From: Bryobacterales bacterium
GTDB taxonomy: Bacteria > Acidobacteriota > Terriglobia > Bryobacterales > Bryobacteraceae
Assembly: GCA_963710155.1 (NCBI GenBank)
Contig: CAVPZQ010000010.1
Span: 4,358 to 68,357, forward strand
Length of the DNA stretch: 64,000 bases
Reading direction: 5' to 3'
Position numbers and translations under genes: made by a program
Notes under the pieces: generated by a model
What the model was told of the DNA's origin: nothing
The model's database searches: none
What the model saw: only the letters and a program-made list of their open reading frames with translations
In this document: piece after piece, positions 9,229 through 19,101 of the stretch
Layout of the letters: every line of letters starts with the position of its first letter
Position numbering within the stretch: position 1 is the stretch's first letter

Positions 9229-12048
9229 ATGAAGCACGTTGTTATATTGACGATGATTTCTGCGGCCTTGGTAGCCGCGCCTCCGCCTGCTTCTCCGGAG
9301 GGCAGCGATCTTTTCGAGAATAAAATCCGGCCGGTGCTGGCAGAGAATTGCTATGTTTGCCACACCAATGTTCAATCGGGCGGGCTGCGTCTGGATTCGC
9401 GCGAGGGGTTGCTGAAGGGCGGAACGTCGGGGCCGGCGTTGGTGCCGGGCGATCCGGAGAAGAGCCTGTTGATTCAGGCCGTGCGGCAGACGGGCGATCT
9501 TAAAATGCCGAAGGGCGGGAAGCTGAAGCCGGCAGAGGTGGAGGCGCTGGTTGCGTGGGTGAAGATGGGCGCGCCGTGGACGGAGGCGGTTAAGGTAAGC
9601 GTCGCTGCGCCGGTGAAGGGCACGGTGACGGCTGAACAGCGGGCTTTCTGGTCATTTCAACCGCTGAAGCAGCCGGCGGTTCCAGCGGTGAAGGATCGCG
9701 CTTGGGCTCGCACGACCATCGATAAATTTGTTTTGGCGAAGCTCGAAAGCGAAGGACTGAAACCGGTGGGGGCTGCGGACAGGCGAGTGCTGATTCGGCG
9801 CGCGACGCTCGATTTAACCGGCTTACCGCCGACGCCGGAAGAAGTGGATGCGTTCGTGAGCGACAAGGCTCCGAACGCTTTTGAAAAAGTAGTGGACCGG
9901 CTGCTCGCTTCGCCGCAGTATGGCGAGCGCTGGGGGCGGCATTGGCTGGACGTGGTGCGTTACGCCGAGGACGATGTGCGTGGGCTCGACCCGCAAGGCC
10001 GAGGCTTCATGCCGTTCAGCGGGGCGTATGTATTTCGCGATTGGGTGATCCAGGCGTTCAACACCGATATGCCGTACGATCGCTTCGTCAAAGCGCAGAT
10101 CGCGGGCGATTTAATGGATAGCAAGCAGCAGCCCGACCCGGTCACGGGGACTGCCATGTTGGGGCAAGGGCCGTGGTGGTGGGATCAGGCCGAGCCGGTG
10201 CAGGGGCGCGCGGATGAGCGTAATGAGCGGGTGGATTTGGTGTCGCGCGGGATGCTTGGGCTCACAGTGGCGTGCGCGCGCTGCCACGATCATAAGTACG
10301 ATCCGATTTCGCAGAAGGACTATTACTCGCTGGCGGCGGTGTTTTTGAACACCACTTACAAGGAGTATCCGGCGGCGTCTGCGGCGGAAACGGCGGTTTG
10401 GGAAAAGCAGCAGAAGAAGATCGACGATGAGGAAGAAGTGCTGGGCGATTTTCTGGATGAGCAGAGCAAGTTGTATGCGGAAGTGCTGGCTCATAAGACG
10501 TCGAAATACTTAGTGGCCGCCTGGAAGGTTACGGGCGAACCGAAGGCCAAGCTCGCGGAGGCCGCCGCGGACGAGAAAGTCGACCCGGAGATGCTGGAAC
10601 GTTGGATCAAATTTCTGGCGAAGCCTCCGAAGCACTATTCGTATTTAAGAGATTGGCAGGCGATGGTGAAGAGCGGGGGCACGCTGGAGCAGGCGCAGTT
10701 TTTGGCGGATAACTTTCAGAATCTAGTGCTGTCGGTGCTGGCGGATGCTAAAAAGTTGAAGGAAGAGAACGACATCATTAAAGCCAAGGCGGACGTGCGC
10801 AAGAAGCCGCGGCGTGATGCGTATCCAAACGAGTTTGAAACCAAGGATCAGTTTTGTCCCGGGTGCGATTTGGAATTGAAAACCATGCCACTGGAGCGGA
10901 CGAACTTGTATTTGGATGTGTTCCTGTTCGACCTGGACTCGGACAGCGATCAAAAGCCTGATCCGGGGTTGTTGTCGCTTCACGACTGGAACTTGGAGCG
11001 GCATTTTTCGGCGGAGATTTTGGAGCACGTGACCACTTCGCGCAGCGAGATCGAGGCACTGAAGAAAGCGGAGCCGCAGTTCCCATTCATTCATGGGGTC
11101 AGCGATACCAAGGCGTTGGGGCAGATGCATGTGAACCTGCGCGGGAATCCGAACGTGTTGGGCGACGAAGTTCCTGCGAAGTTTCCTACTGTGCTGTCGG
11201 CAGAGGATGCGCCGCCGTTTAGCAAAGGCAGCGGGCGTTTGGAATTGGCGGACGCGATTACCAGCAGTCCGCTGGCGGCGCGAGTGATCGTCAATCGCGT
11301 GTGGAAGTGGCACTTCGGGACGGGATTGGTCGAGACGCCCAGTAACTTCGGGCGGATGGGCGAGCGGCCGTCGAATCCGGAGCTTCTCGAATACCTGGCT
11401 AAGAGTTTCGTCGATTCGGGCATGTCGATGAAGAAACTGCATCGCGATATTCTGCTGTCGTCGGTGTATCAGTTGAGCGCGGACGCGATCGAGCCCAATA
11501 CCGAGAAGGATCCGGGAAACCGGTGGTATTGGCGCGCGAACCGGCAGCGCCTGGAAGCTGAAGAAATTCGCGACTCTGCGTTGTTTGTATCGGGCGCGCT
11601 GGATCTGAAGAAGGCCGGAGGGCCGTCGACTGATTTCGGCGACGACAACGTGCGGCGGACTGTGTACGCCAAAGTGAGCCGTTATCGTTTGGATAACTTT
11701 TTGCAGGTGTTTGATTTCCCGAATACATCTGTCACTACCGAGCAGCGTTTCGTGACAAATGTTCCGCTGCAGCGTTTGTTTTTCATGAACAGCAGTTTTA
11801 TTTTCAAGCAAGCGGAATTACTGGCGCGGCGGGTGTATGACGAAGGCACGGACGAGGCGCGCATCCGCAAGGCTTACCGGCTGCTCTACGGGCGTGTGCC
11901 GACGCCAGCCGAAACCGCTGCGGGGCAGGGTTTTTTGAAGAAGAATCCGGAAACGCCGGGCGGCGAAATCGCCGGGCAGCCTACAACGGCGTGGAAAGAG
12001 TACATGCGGGTTCTATTGAGCTCCAACGAATTTGAGTACGTGAATTGA
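9229..12048 (+). CDS. PSCyt1/DUF1549/DUF1553 domain protein
   Basis: ATG at 9229 with a signal peptide (MKHVVILTMISAALVAAPPPA). CxxCH motif CYVCHTN. DUF1549-like blocks (RATLDLTGLPPTPEEV, QYGERWGRHWLDVVRYAE) and DUF1553-like blocks (CARCHDHKYDPISQKDYY, C-terminal SNEFEYVN). Confidence 0.85.
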   Translation: MKHVVILTMISAALVAAPPPASPEGSDLFENKIRPVLAENCYVCHTNVQSGGLRLDSREGLLKGGTSGPALVPGDPEKSLLIQAVRQTGDLKMPKGGKLKPAEVEALVAWVKMGAPWTEAVKVSVAAPVKGTVTAEQRAFWSFQPLKQPAVPAVKDRAWARTTIDKFVLAKLESEGLKPVGAADRRVLIRRATLDLTGLPPTPEEVDAFVSDKAPNAFEKVVDRLLASPQYGERWGRHWLDVVRYAEDDVRGLDPQGRGFMPFSGAYVFRDWVIQAFNTDMPYDRFVKAQIAGDLMDSKQQPDPVTGTAMLGQGPWWWDQAEPVQGRADERNERVDLVSRGMLGLTVACARCHDHKYDPISQKDYYSLAAVFLNTTYKEYPAASAAETAVWEKQQKKIDDEEEVLGDFLDEQSKLYAEVLAHKTSKYLVAAWKVTGEPKAKLAEAAADEKVDPEMLERWIKFLAKPPKHYSYLRDWQAMVKSGGTLEQAQFLADNFQNLVLSVLADAKKLKEENDIIKAKADVRKKPRRDAYPNEFETKDQFCPGCDLELKTMPLERTNLYLDVFLFDLDSDSDQKPDPGLLSLHDWNLERHFSAEILEHVTTSRSEIEALKKAEPQFPFIHGVSDTKALGQMHVNLRGNPNVLGDEVPAKFPTVLSAEDAPPFSKGSGRLELADAITSSPLAARVIVNRVWKWHFGTGLVETPSNFGRMGERPSNPELLEYLAKSFVDSGMSMKKLHRDILLSSVYQLSADAIEPNTEKDPGNRWYWRANRQRLEAEEIRDSALFVSGALDLKKAGGPSTDFGDDNVRRTVYAKVSRYRLDNFLQVFDFPNTSVTTEQRFVTNVPLQRLFFMNSSFIFKQAELLARRVYDEGTDEARIRKAYRLLYGRVPTPAETAAGQGFLKKNPETPGGEIAGQPTTAWKEYMRVLLSSNEFEYVN

Positions 12049-12055
12049 GGTCGCT

Positions 12056-13493
12056 ATGAAACTAAGACTTAATCGGCGTGAGGCGCTGTGCCGCATGGGC
12101 GGCGGCTTTGGCATGTTGAGCTTTGCCAGCATGGTGGGAGAATCGATCGCGAAGGCGGACACGCCGTCGGATTCGCAGGGCGTGCCGAGCGCGCGCATTC
12201 CTAACTTCAAGCCCAAAGCCAAGCACGTCATCTTTCTGTTCATGAACGGCGGGATTTCGCAGGTGGACAGCTTCGATCCCAAGCCGATGCTGGACAAATA
12301 CAACGGCCAGCCGATCCCGGGCGACACGCTGACGCATGAGCGCAAGACCGGCAACCTGATGCGCTCGCCGTTCACGTTCAAGAAGTACGGACAGAGCGGC
12401 ATTGAGATGAGCGAGATCTTCCCTAACCTGGGCGAATGCGCGGACGACATGTGCATGATCCGCTCCATGTACACCGATATTCCGAACCATGAGCCATCGT
12501 TGCTGATGATGAACGTCGGGCATATTCAGCCGGGGCGTCCGTCGATGGGATCTTGGATCACTTACGGCCTGGGCACGGAAAATAAAAGTTTGCCGGGTTT
12601 TGTAGTGTTGTGCCCCGAGGTGCCGACCACAGTGGGGCCTCCGCTGTGGAATTCGGCGTTTCTGCCTCCGGTTTACCAGGGTACGTTTATCACGGACAGC
12701 GTGAAAGAGAAGAAATTCGATCCGCAGAAATTGATTCCGGATATTCACAACGATAAGTTCGATCTGAAGCAACAGAAGGGCGAGATCGATCTTCTGGAAA
12801 CACTGGATCGTTTGCAGATGCAGCAGGAACGGTCCGCCGATCCGCAACTGGAAGCCACGTTGCAATCGATGGAAACCGCTTATCGAATGCAGACCGAGGC
12901 GCCGGATGTGTTTGACGTGCGCAAGGAAAGCGAAGCCACCATCAAGATGTATGGCGAGGGCAGCACGGCGCGGGGATGTCTCACTGCCGCGCGCCTAATC
13001 GAACGCGGCGTGCGTATGGTGCAGATTTACTACGCCAAGGGCGATCCGTGGGATCATCACTTCGACATCGAATTGCACCGCAAGAACGCCAAGGATTCCG
13101 ATCAGCCCTTCGCGGCGCTGATTAAAGATTTAAAGCAGCGCGGCTTGTACGACGAGACGATTATTGTTTGCGGGTCTGAATTCGGACGTACGCCGGTGGT
13201 GGAAGTCGGCAGCGGCTTTATGGGCGGCCAAGTGCACAATGGGCGCGATCACAATCCGCACGGCTTTACGGTCTGGCTCGCTGGGGGCGGCTTCAAGCGC
13301 GGCATGGTTTACGGCTCCACCGACGATTTCGGCTGGAAGGCTGTCGACAACCCGGTGCACGTGCACGAATCTGCACGCGACGATCCTTTATCAACTGGGA
13401 ATTGACCACACCAAACTGACATATCGCTATAGCGGTCGCGATTTCCGGTTAACAGATGTGGCCGGTAAAGTGATTCACGATATCATCGCTTAA
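12056..13493 (+). pseudogene. DUF1501 (sulfatase-fold) protein gene, frameshifted near 13367-13370
   Basis: The main frame (12056..13405) ends ...[18 protein letters not shown]. The conserved DUF1501 C-terminus [41 protein letters not shown] continues in another frame to 13493. Removing one A from gtgcacgAAtctgcac restores VHVHDLHATIL. Confidence 0.8.
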
Positions 13494-13544
13494 TCATCGC
13501 CTAGCACTTGTAGTAAAGAGTCACCCACTGGCGTGTAAATACGC

Positions 13545-13572
13545 TTGACATCTGCTTGCTCTCGCGGATAAT
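13545..13572 (+). promoter_or_regulatory. possible sigma-70-type promoter of the receptor gene
   Basis: TTGACA (13545-13550), 16 nt, GATAAT (13567-13572). This would give a leader of about 185 nt. Confidence 0.3.
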
Positions 13573-13761
13573 GGAATGAAGCAGGGGGTCGTCCGGGGCT
13601 CATGTCCATAGATCAGGACCACGTTCCTCCTTCATCGTACAGCCATTAAGTAGTTCCACGTAACTTGCATTGGCCGCTCCGAATTGCGGTCCTCGCCTAC
13701 GCCGGCACTCTGTACCCGTCGTTCAAATCTACATTTGATCTGCGTTTTTAGAGGAGAGAAT

Positions 13762-16700
13762 ATGCCTGCTGCAAGGATCTCTGTATCTATTTTCCGTAGC
13801 ATCGGACTGGGCTTGGGTTTATTGGTGGCGCTGGTCTTGTTGAACGCTCAGGCCACCAGTTCGCTGCACGGCACCATCACGGACCCGCAAGGCGCGGTGA
13901 TTCCTGGCGCGGTGGTGAAACTCGGGAATGCGGCTACCGGATTTTCGCGGCAAGTGACTACCGATCAGGCGGGCGTGTATCAATTTCCTCAAATGGCACC
14001 GGGCGAATATTCTATTAATGTGCAAAAGCCGGGGTTCGCCACGGCTACGCGGGACAAACTGCAACTGCAAGTGAACGTTGCGGCCGCGCTAGATCTCCAG
14101 ATGGAAGTGAGCAGCACGGGAGACGTGGTGAATGTGACGGCCGAGGTTGCCCTGGTGAGCACCAGTGACGCGTCGATCGGGAACGCATTCACGGAGAACC
14201 AGGTGCGTCAATTACCGCTCGAAACGCGCAATATTGTGCAATTGCTCAGCCTGCAGCCCGGTGTAACTCCGACGGGCGAAGTGATGGGCGCACGCCGCGA
14301 TCAAAATAACATCACGCTGGACGGCGTGGATGTGAATGACAACCAGGACAGCGGCCTGTCGGGGAGCACGAATGACCACCAGGGATCTAACGCCAATACG
14401 TCCAATCCCATCGCCGGCTTTAATTCAGTGTTGCCGATTCCGCTGGATTCCGTGCAGGAGTTTCGCGTCACGGTGGGCGGCCAGGGGGCGGATGAAGGGC
14501 GTTCCTCGGGCGGCCAGGTGGTGCTGATTACCAAGAGCGGGACAAATTCTCTACATGGCTCGGCGTACGAATTCAACAGAAACACCCTGTTTGCGGCGAA
14601 TAGCTGGTTTAACAACCGCAGCGGCGTGGACCGGCAGACGCTGAACCGCAATCAATTCGGGGCGTCGCTCGGCGGACCCATCAAGAAGAATCGCGCATTC
14701 TTCTTTTTTAATTACGAGCGCCGCATCGATGCCAGCGCTACCGGGCAAGAACGGTTTGTTCCTAGCGAAACTTTGAAGCAGGGGATCTTGACTTTCGCCG
14801 CGTCGGACGGCAGCATACAAACCCTCAATGCAGCGGATATAAAAGCGCTCGACCCGCTGGACATCGGGCTGAATCAGGGCTATCTGAATATTCTCAAACA
14901 GTATCCGGTGGGCAACGATCCGGCGTACGGCGCGGACGGCGGATTGAACTTTACGGGATACCGCTTTAATGCGCCCAACCGCCTGGACAATCGCGCCTAC
15001 GTTGCAAAAATGGATTTCATCCTGGATTCATCGGGCAAGCACACACTGTCGATCCGCGGCACGCTCTCGAACGGCTCACAGGATCAGCCCAATGCGCTCC
15101 AGCAGTTTCCTGGTCAGGGCGGCGCTGTGCTGCTGAATAATAGCAAGGGGATCTCAGCTTCCTACACCGCGGTGTTAAGACCGACGCTGGTAAATAATCT
15201 CACGTTCGGATTGACCCGCCAGGGGCTGGCGCAATCCGGTACCGCTGGCGCGCAATTCGAATTGGCCGACACCAGCATTCTGGATCCGCTGCAGAATTAC
15301 AATTCGTTCGCCAGGGCCAGCGGACGCATCCTGCCGGTTTACAATATCGTCGACAATCTCACTTGGACGAAGGGCAAACACACCATCGCTACGGGCGTGA
15401 ATTTGCGGTACATGACGAACAGCCGCTTTTCGTACGCGCAATCCTATCCGAGCTACGGCTTCAGCGCGAACGTAGCGGTGGGGTTGGGCGAGGACATCCA
15501 AAACGATCTTACGCAATACATTCAGCAAAAGACAGGGAATCCGGGGTTGCAAGTGAACGACCCGGCGACCCAGGCCACGGCATTGGGAATCCTGTTGGGA
15601 CTGGTGAACAATACTTCGATCACTTATCAGTTCGAGCGCAACGGTTCGGTGTTGGCGCAAGGCCTGCCGCAAGTTCGCGACTTCGTTTCCCGCGAGTATG
15701 AAGCCTTCGTCAGCGACACCTGGCGGGTTTCGCGCGATCTCACGCTTACGCTGGGCCTGCGTTATAGCAACGACCGTCCGCCTTACGAGGCAAACGGCTT
15801 GCAGGTTTCCCCTACCATCGGCTTGAACCAATTCTTTGCGGAACGAAATTACCTGCAGAGCCAAGGCGTGCCGGACAATGCAATGCCCGACGCGCGGCTC
15901 AGTTACGTGCTAAACGGACCCGTGAACAACAGCGCGAGTTGGTACGGCCCGGATAACAACAATTTTGCACCGCGTCTCGCGCTGGCTTACAGCCCCAGCA
16001 ATCCTAAGGGCATCCTGAAGGAAGCTTTCGGCTCGAACGGAGTCTTTCGCGTAGGCGCCGGTATGGTGTATGACCGCTTTGGTAGTGACCTGATCACGCA
16101 GTTCGATCAATTCGGGTCCTTCGGACTTTCGACCACATTGGGTAATCCGATTTCTTACGACTTCACGACTTCGCCGCGCTACAACGGGTCTGCGCCAACT
16201 CAAGTGGCCGCACCGGTGGGCGGCTTCCCCTATACGCCTCCCGACATTGCGGCCATCGTGGGCGAGTTCCAAGGGATTTCTCCCGACTTGAAGTCGCCTT
16301 ATTCAATCATCCTCAATGCATCCTTCGCGCGTTCCCTGCCCGGTAAGCTGAATCTGGAATTAAGCTACGCGGGCCGGCTTTCACGGAAACTGTTGCTGCA
16401 AGGAGATGTGTACACGCCGCTGGAACATTTCAAAGATCCGATCTCCGGCGAGACGTGGATCCAAAGCATGACGGCGTTTCGCAACCTTAATAACGCTGGA
16501 GTCGACCCCAACGCTGTGCAATCAAATCCGTCGCTGGTGCCCAATAATCCTTTCGTCCAAAGCATGTTCCCGGCGCTCACGAATTTCTATTTCCCGGGTA
16601 GCGCATCCGCGAACTACTATTACGGGATCTACGGAGTTTATGGCGGGAGCTACCTGGACATTCTTCACGCGGTAGACCGCATCCCCGGTCAATTCAATAC

Positions 16701-17538
16701 GCCCGCGGGCACTTGTGCTTCGCGCACCGGCTGCTACACCTTCTTTGGTCCGCAAGCCAGTTCGATGCCCACTTGGATGAACGCCGGCAGCGCGGATTAT
16801 CACGCCCTCACGGTTACTTTGCGGCGCGCGTTTAGCAGCGGGTTCTCTTTCGATTTCAACTACACCCTTTCGCACTCAATCGACAACGCTTCGGCGGCGG
16901 AGAGTGGATCGGGACAGGACGGCGCGGTGATTCAGGACATTTTCAATCCCGGCGCCTTCCGCGGGTCGTCGGATTTCGATATCCGGCACCTGGTGAACGC
17001 GAACGTGGTTTACGAACTTCCCTTCGGAACCGGTAAACCGCTACTCGGGCATGCTTCGAAATGGTTAAATGAGGTGGTGGGCGGCTGGCAGGTTTCGAGC
17101 ATCATGCGGTTAGCCAGTGGTCTGCCCACGGTTATTCAGGGTAACTTCACTTGGAACACCAATTACTGGCAGAACTCACTGGCGATTCCGGTGGCCCCGT
17201 TTACCCGCTCCATCGGTTACGACAGCAACGGGAATCCTAGCTTGTTTACGAGTACCGACGCGATCAATAGCTTTGCGGATCAATATCCCGGCCAAGTGGG
17301 CACCCGCGCGCTGCTGCGCCTGGCGCCGCAATACAACGTGGACCTGGCGATTGCTAAATCCTTCCAGATGCCTTGGGAAGGACATCGCCTGCAGCTTCGC
17401 GGTGAAGCTTTCAATGTTTTCAACAACGTGAATTTCACGAACCCGAGTCTGGCGCTGCACACGGCTGGTACGTTTGGTGAGTTCACCGACACCACGCCGC
17501 CGCGCGTGATGCAGTTCGCTCTTCGCTATGAATTCTAA
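13762..17538 (+). CDS. TonB-dependent receptor-like outer-membrane protein with N-terminal carboxypeptidase-regulatory-like domain
   Basis: ATG at 13762 preceded by GAGGAGAG. Signal peptide, then a CarboxypepD_reg-like segment (LHGTITDPQGAVIPGAVVKLGNAATGFSRQVTTDQAGVYQFPQMAPGEYSINV), a plug-like region and a long beta-barrel ending in the typical aromatic terminus ...FALRYEF. Confidence 0.85.
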   Translation: MPAARISVSIFRSIGLGLGLLVALVLLNAQATSSLHGTITDPQGAVIPGAVVKLGNAATGFSRQVTTDQAGVYQFPQMAPGEYSINVQKPGFATATRDKLQLQVNVAAALDLQMEVSSTGDVVNVTAEVALVSTSDASIGNAFTENQVRQLPLETRNIVQLLSLQPGVTPTGEVMGARRDQNNITLDGVDVNDNQDSGLSGSTNDHQGSNANTSNPIAGFNSVLPIPLDSVQEFRVTVGGQGADEGRSSGGQVVLITKSGTNSLHGSAYEFNRNTLFAANSWFNNRSGVDRQTLNRNQFGASLGGPIKKNRAFFFFNYERRIDASATGQERFVPSETLKQGILTFAASDGSIQTLNAADIKALDPLDIGLNQGYLNILKQYPVGNDPAYGADGGLNFTGYRFNAPNRLDNRAYVAKMDFILDSSGKHTLSIRGTLSNGSQDQPNALQQFPGQGGAVLLNNSKGISASYTAVLRPTLVNNLTFGLTRQGLAQSGTAGAQFELADTSILDPLQNYNSFARASGRILPVYNIVDNLTWTKGKHTIATGVNLRYMTNSRFSYAQSYPSYGFSANVAVGLGEDIQNDLTQYIQQKTGNPGLQVNDPATQATALGILLGLVNNTSITYQFERNGSVLAQGLPQVRDFVSREYEAFVSDTWRVSRDLTLTLGLRYSNDRPPYEANGLQVSPTIGLNQFFAERNYLQSQGVPDNAMPDARLSYVLNGPVNNSASWYGPDNNNFAPRLALAYSPSNPKGILKEAFGSNGVFRVGAGMVYDRFGSDLITQFDQFGSFGLSTTLGNPISYDFTTSPRYNGSAPTQVAAPVGGFPYTPPDIAAIVGEFQGISPDLKSPYSIILNASFARSLPGKLNLELSYAGRLSRKLLLQGDVYTPLEHFKDPISGETWIQSMTAFRNLNNAGVDPNAVQSNPSLVPNNPFVQSMFPALTNFYFPGSASANYYYGIYGVYGGSYLDILHAVDRIPGQFNTPAGTCASRTGCYTFFGPQASSMPTWMNAGSADYHALTVTLRRAFSSGFSFDFNYTLSHSIDNASAAESGSGQDGAVIQDIFNPGAFRGSSDFDIRHLVNANVVYELPFGTGKPLLGHASKWLNEVVGGWQVSSIMRLASGLPTVIQGNFTWNTNYWQNSLAIPVAPFTRSIGYDSNGNPSLFTSTDAINSFADQYPGQVGTRALLRLAPQYNVDLAIAKSFQMPWEGHRLQLRGEAFNVFNNVNFTNPSLALHTAGTFGEFTDTTPPRVMQFALRYEF

Positions 17539-18124
17539 ATCGGGTGCGCTCGGATTATTATTGGTCGCAGGTGCGATTTTTGGCAGCGCCTCCACGGTGT
17601 TCGATTACGTGCCGCTGGCGATCGACGGCAAACCCGCGCCGCTGGCGGCCTACCGCGGCAAAGTCCTGTTGATCGTCAATGTGGCTAGCCAGAGCGTTTT
17701 CGCGGGGCAATACGAGGGTCTCGAAGCGTTATACCAGAAGTACCGCGATCAGGGATTGGTGGTGCTGGCGTTTCCATCGAACGATTTTGGGCAGCAGGAG
17801 CCGGACGGCAACGACGCGATCCAGGAGTTCGCCACCGCGAAGTACAAAACCGATTTTCCGCTGTTCGCGAAAATTGTGGTCACCGGCGATCACATCGCGC
17901 CGTTGTATCAGTTTTTAACGGAAAAGCCGGCTGTGGCGGACGATGCGGCCAAGGACAAACCGGCCGAGCCCACGACGGGGGGACCGGTTCGCTGGAGCTT
18001 CACCAAATTCCTGATCGGCCGCGACGGCAAAGTGGCCAAGCGGTTCGAGCCTGACACGGAACCGGACGATCCCGAATTAGTCAGCGCCATTGAAAAGGCC
18101 CTGGCACTCCCTGTGAAAAAGTAG
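17528..18124 (+). CDS. glutathione-peroxidase-fold protein lacking the catalytic Cys (secreted)
   Basis: 198-aa ORF overlapping the receptor gene end by 11 nt, with a signal-like N-terminus. GPx blocks are present but altered: VNVASQSVFAGQYEGL, LAFPSNDFGQQEP, RWSFTKFLI. The whole protein contains no Cys. Confidence 0.8.
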   Translation: MNSKSGALGLLLVAGAIFGSASTVFDYVPLAIDGKPAPLAAYRGKVLLIVNVASQSVFAGQYEGLEALYQKYRDQGLVVLAFPSNDFGQQEPDGNDAIQEFATAKYKTDFPLFAKIVVTGDHIAPLYQFLTEKPAVADDAAKDKPAEPTTGGPVRWSFTKFLIGRDGKVAKRFEPDTEPDDPELVSAIEKALALPVKK

Positions 18125-18127
18125 TCC

Positions 18128-18880
18128 CTAGACGTTCATTACCGCAGGGGCCTGATTCAAAACGGTGGGCTCGGGTGAGCCGCCTTGGTTCAGGAAATCG
18201 AGAACGCTGCCGCTGAAATTCGTGGCGCCCAATTGCGAGACCTGCACGCCGGAAAGAACTTTCATAAACAGGTTCGCGTATTGCGTACCCATTGCTTGCG
18301 GGTCGATCCCTTGACCCATGGATGGATACGCCGTGATCCGCTGTTGCACCATGGAAACAAAGTTATCGGTGATCGCCGCAGAGCCGCCGTTGGCCCAACC
18401 CTGGGTACCGCTGATGAACCCGTACATGTCGGAGACGGATTGCCCGATGAACTTCTGCATGTAGGAGTCCATGGAATCCGCCTGGAACGGCGTCATGCCG
18501 CTGGTGGGCGTGACGGTGGTGTACTGGTCCGGAGCGGGCGTGAAATAGGGCGCGGTGGAGGAGATGCTGTAGGCGGGCGTTTCTTGCGGTACATCGCTGG
18601 TGTTGACCGAAGGCGCTGCCGGACTGGTGGATGCAGACGCGACACTCGAAACCACGGGGTCTGCAATGGACGGCACTGGCACGGACGGAGCTGTCGTCGA
18701 CGCGGCGCCGAGAAAGTATTGGAGGAAAGAGTCCTGCAGGACTGCGGGACTGGAAGACGAATTCTCGCCCGCGGTCGCGAGTTGGTCAGCGAAGGAGGCG
18801 GCGGCGGCCGATGTGCTCGCGGGGTTGGTAAGGGGCAGCTCGGCAGGCGGCATCGTCAAGGGGTTGGTTGCAGTGATCAT
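18128..18880 (-). CDS. hypothetical Ser/Thr/Pro/Ala-rich protein (sigma-54 promoter upstream)
   Basis: 250-aa ORF. No signal peptide and no motif I recognise. GGAG lies 9 nt before the ATG, with a sigma-54-type promoter immediately upstream. Confidence 0.55.
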   Translation of the reverse strand: MITATNPLTMPPAELPLTNPASTSAAAASFADQLATAGENSSSSPAVLQDSFLQYFLGAASTTAPSVPVPSIADPVVSSVASASTSPAAPSVNTSDVPQETPAYSISSTAPYFTPAPDQYTTVTPTSGMTPFQADSMDSYMQKFIGQSVSDMYGFISGTQGWANGGSAAITDNFVSMVQQRITAYPSMGQGIDPQAMGTQYANLFMKVLSGVQVSQLGATNFSGSVLDFLNQGGSPEPTVLNQAPAVMNV

Positions 18881-18907
18881 GGGTTCTTTGACTCCGGCGA
18901 AGAAGAT

Positions 18908-18923
18908 TGCAATCCCGGGGCCA
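18908..18923 (-). promoter_or_regulatory. sigma-54-type promoter (-24/-12)
   Basis: The minus strand reads TGGCCC-CGGGA-TTGCA (GG-N10-GC spacing exact). The GC lies 28 nt upstream of the ATG at 18880. Confidence 0.65.
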
Positions 18924-19064
18924 TTGCGTTTGCGCGTTTAGAAAGCGTGGATCGTGACGCCGCAGCGAGTCGGGATTTTGGCAGATCGTCAAGTTTCCGC
19001 CGTTGCCACACGCTTTCCGCGCGGCAAAAGCGCCGCAAAAGCTTGGATATGAAGGGACGCGGGT

Positions 19065-19080
19065 TGGTTCGCGAATTGCA
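19065..19080 (+). promoter_or_regulatory. sigma-54-type promoter (-24/-12) of motAB-1
   Basis: TGGTTC-GCGAA-TTGCA with exact spacing. The GC lies 22 nt before the GTG at 19102, and GGAG sits at 19093-19096. Confidence 0.5.
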
Positions 19081-19101
19081 TTATGAGCGGTGGAGTGATT
19101 T

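Noticed and set aside
13573-13761. Leader of about 185 nt before the TonB-dependent receptor gene, considered as a possible riboswitch.
   Set aside because: I recognise no conserved riboswitch core (cobalamin, TPP and others), and the promoter call itself is weak.
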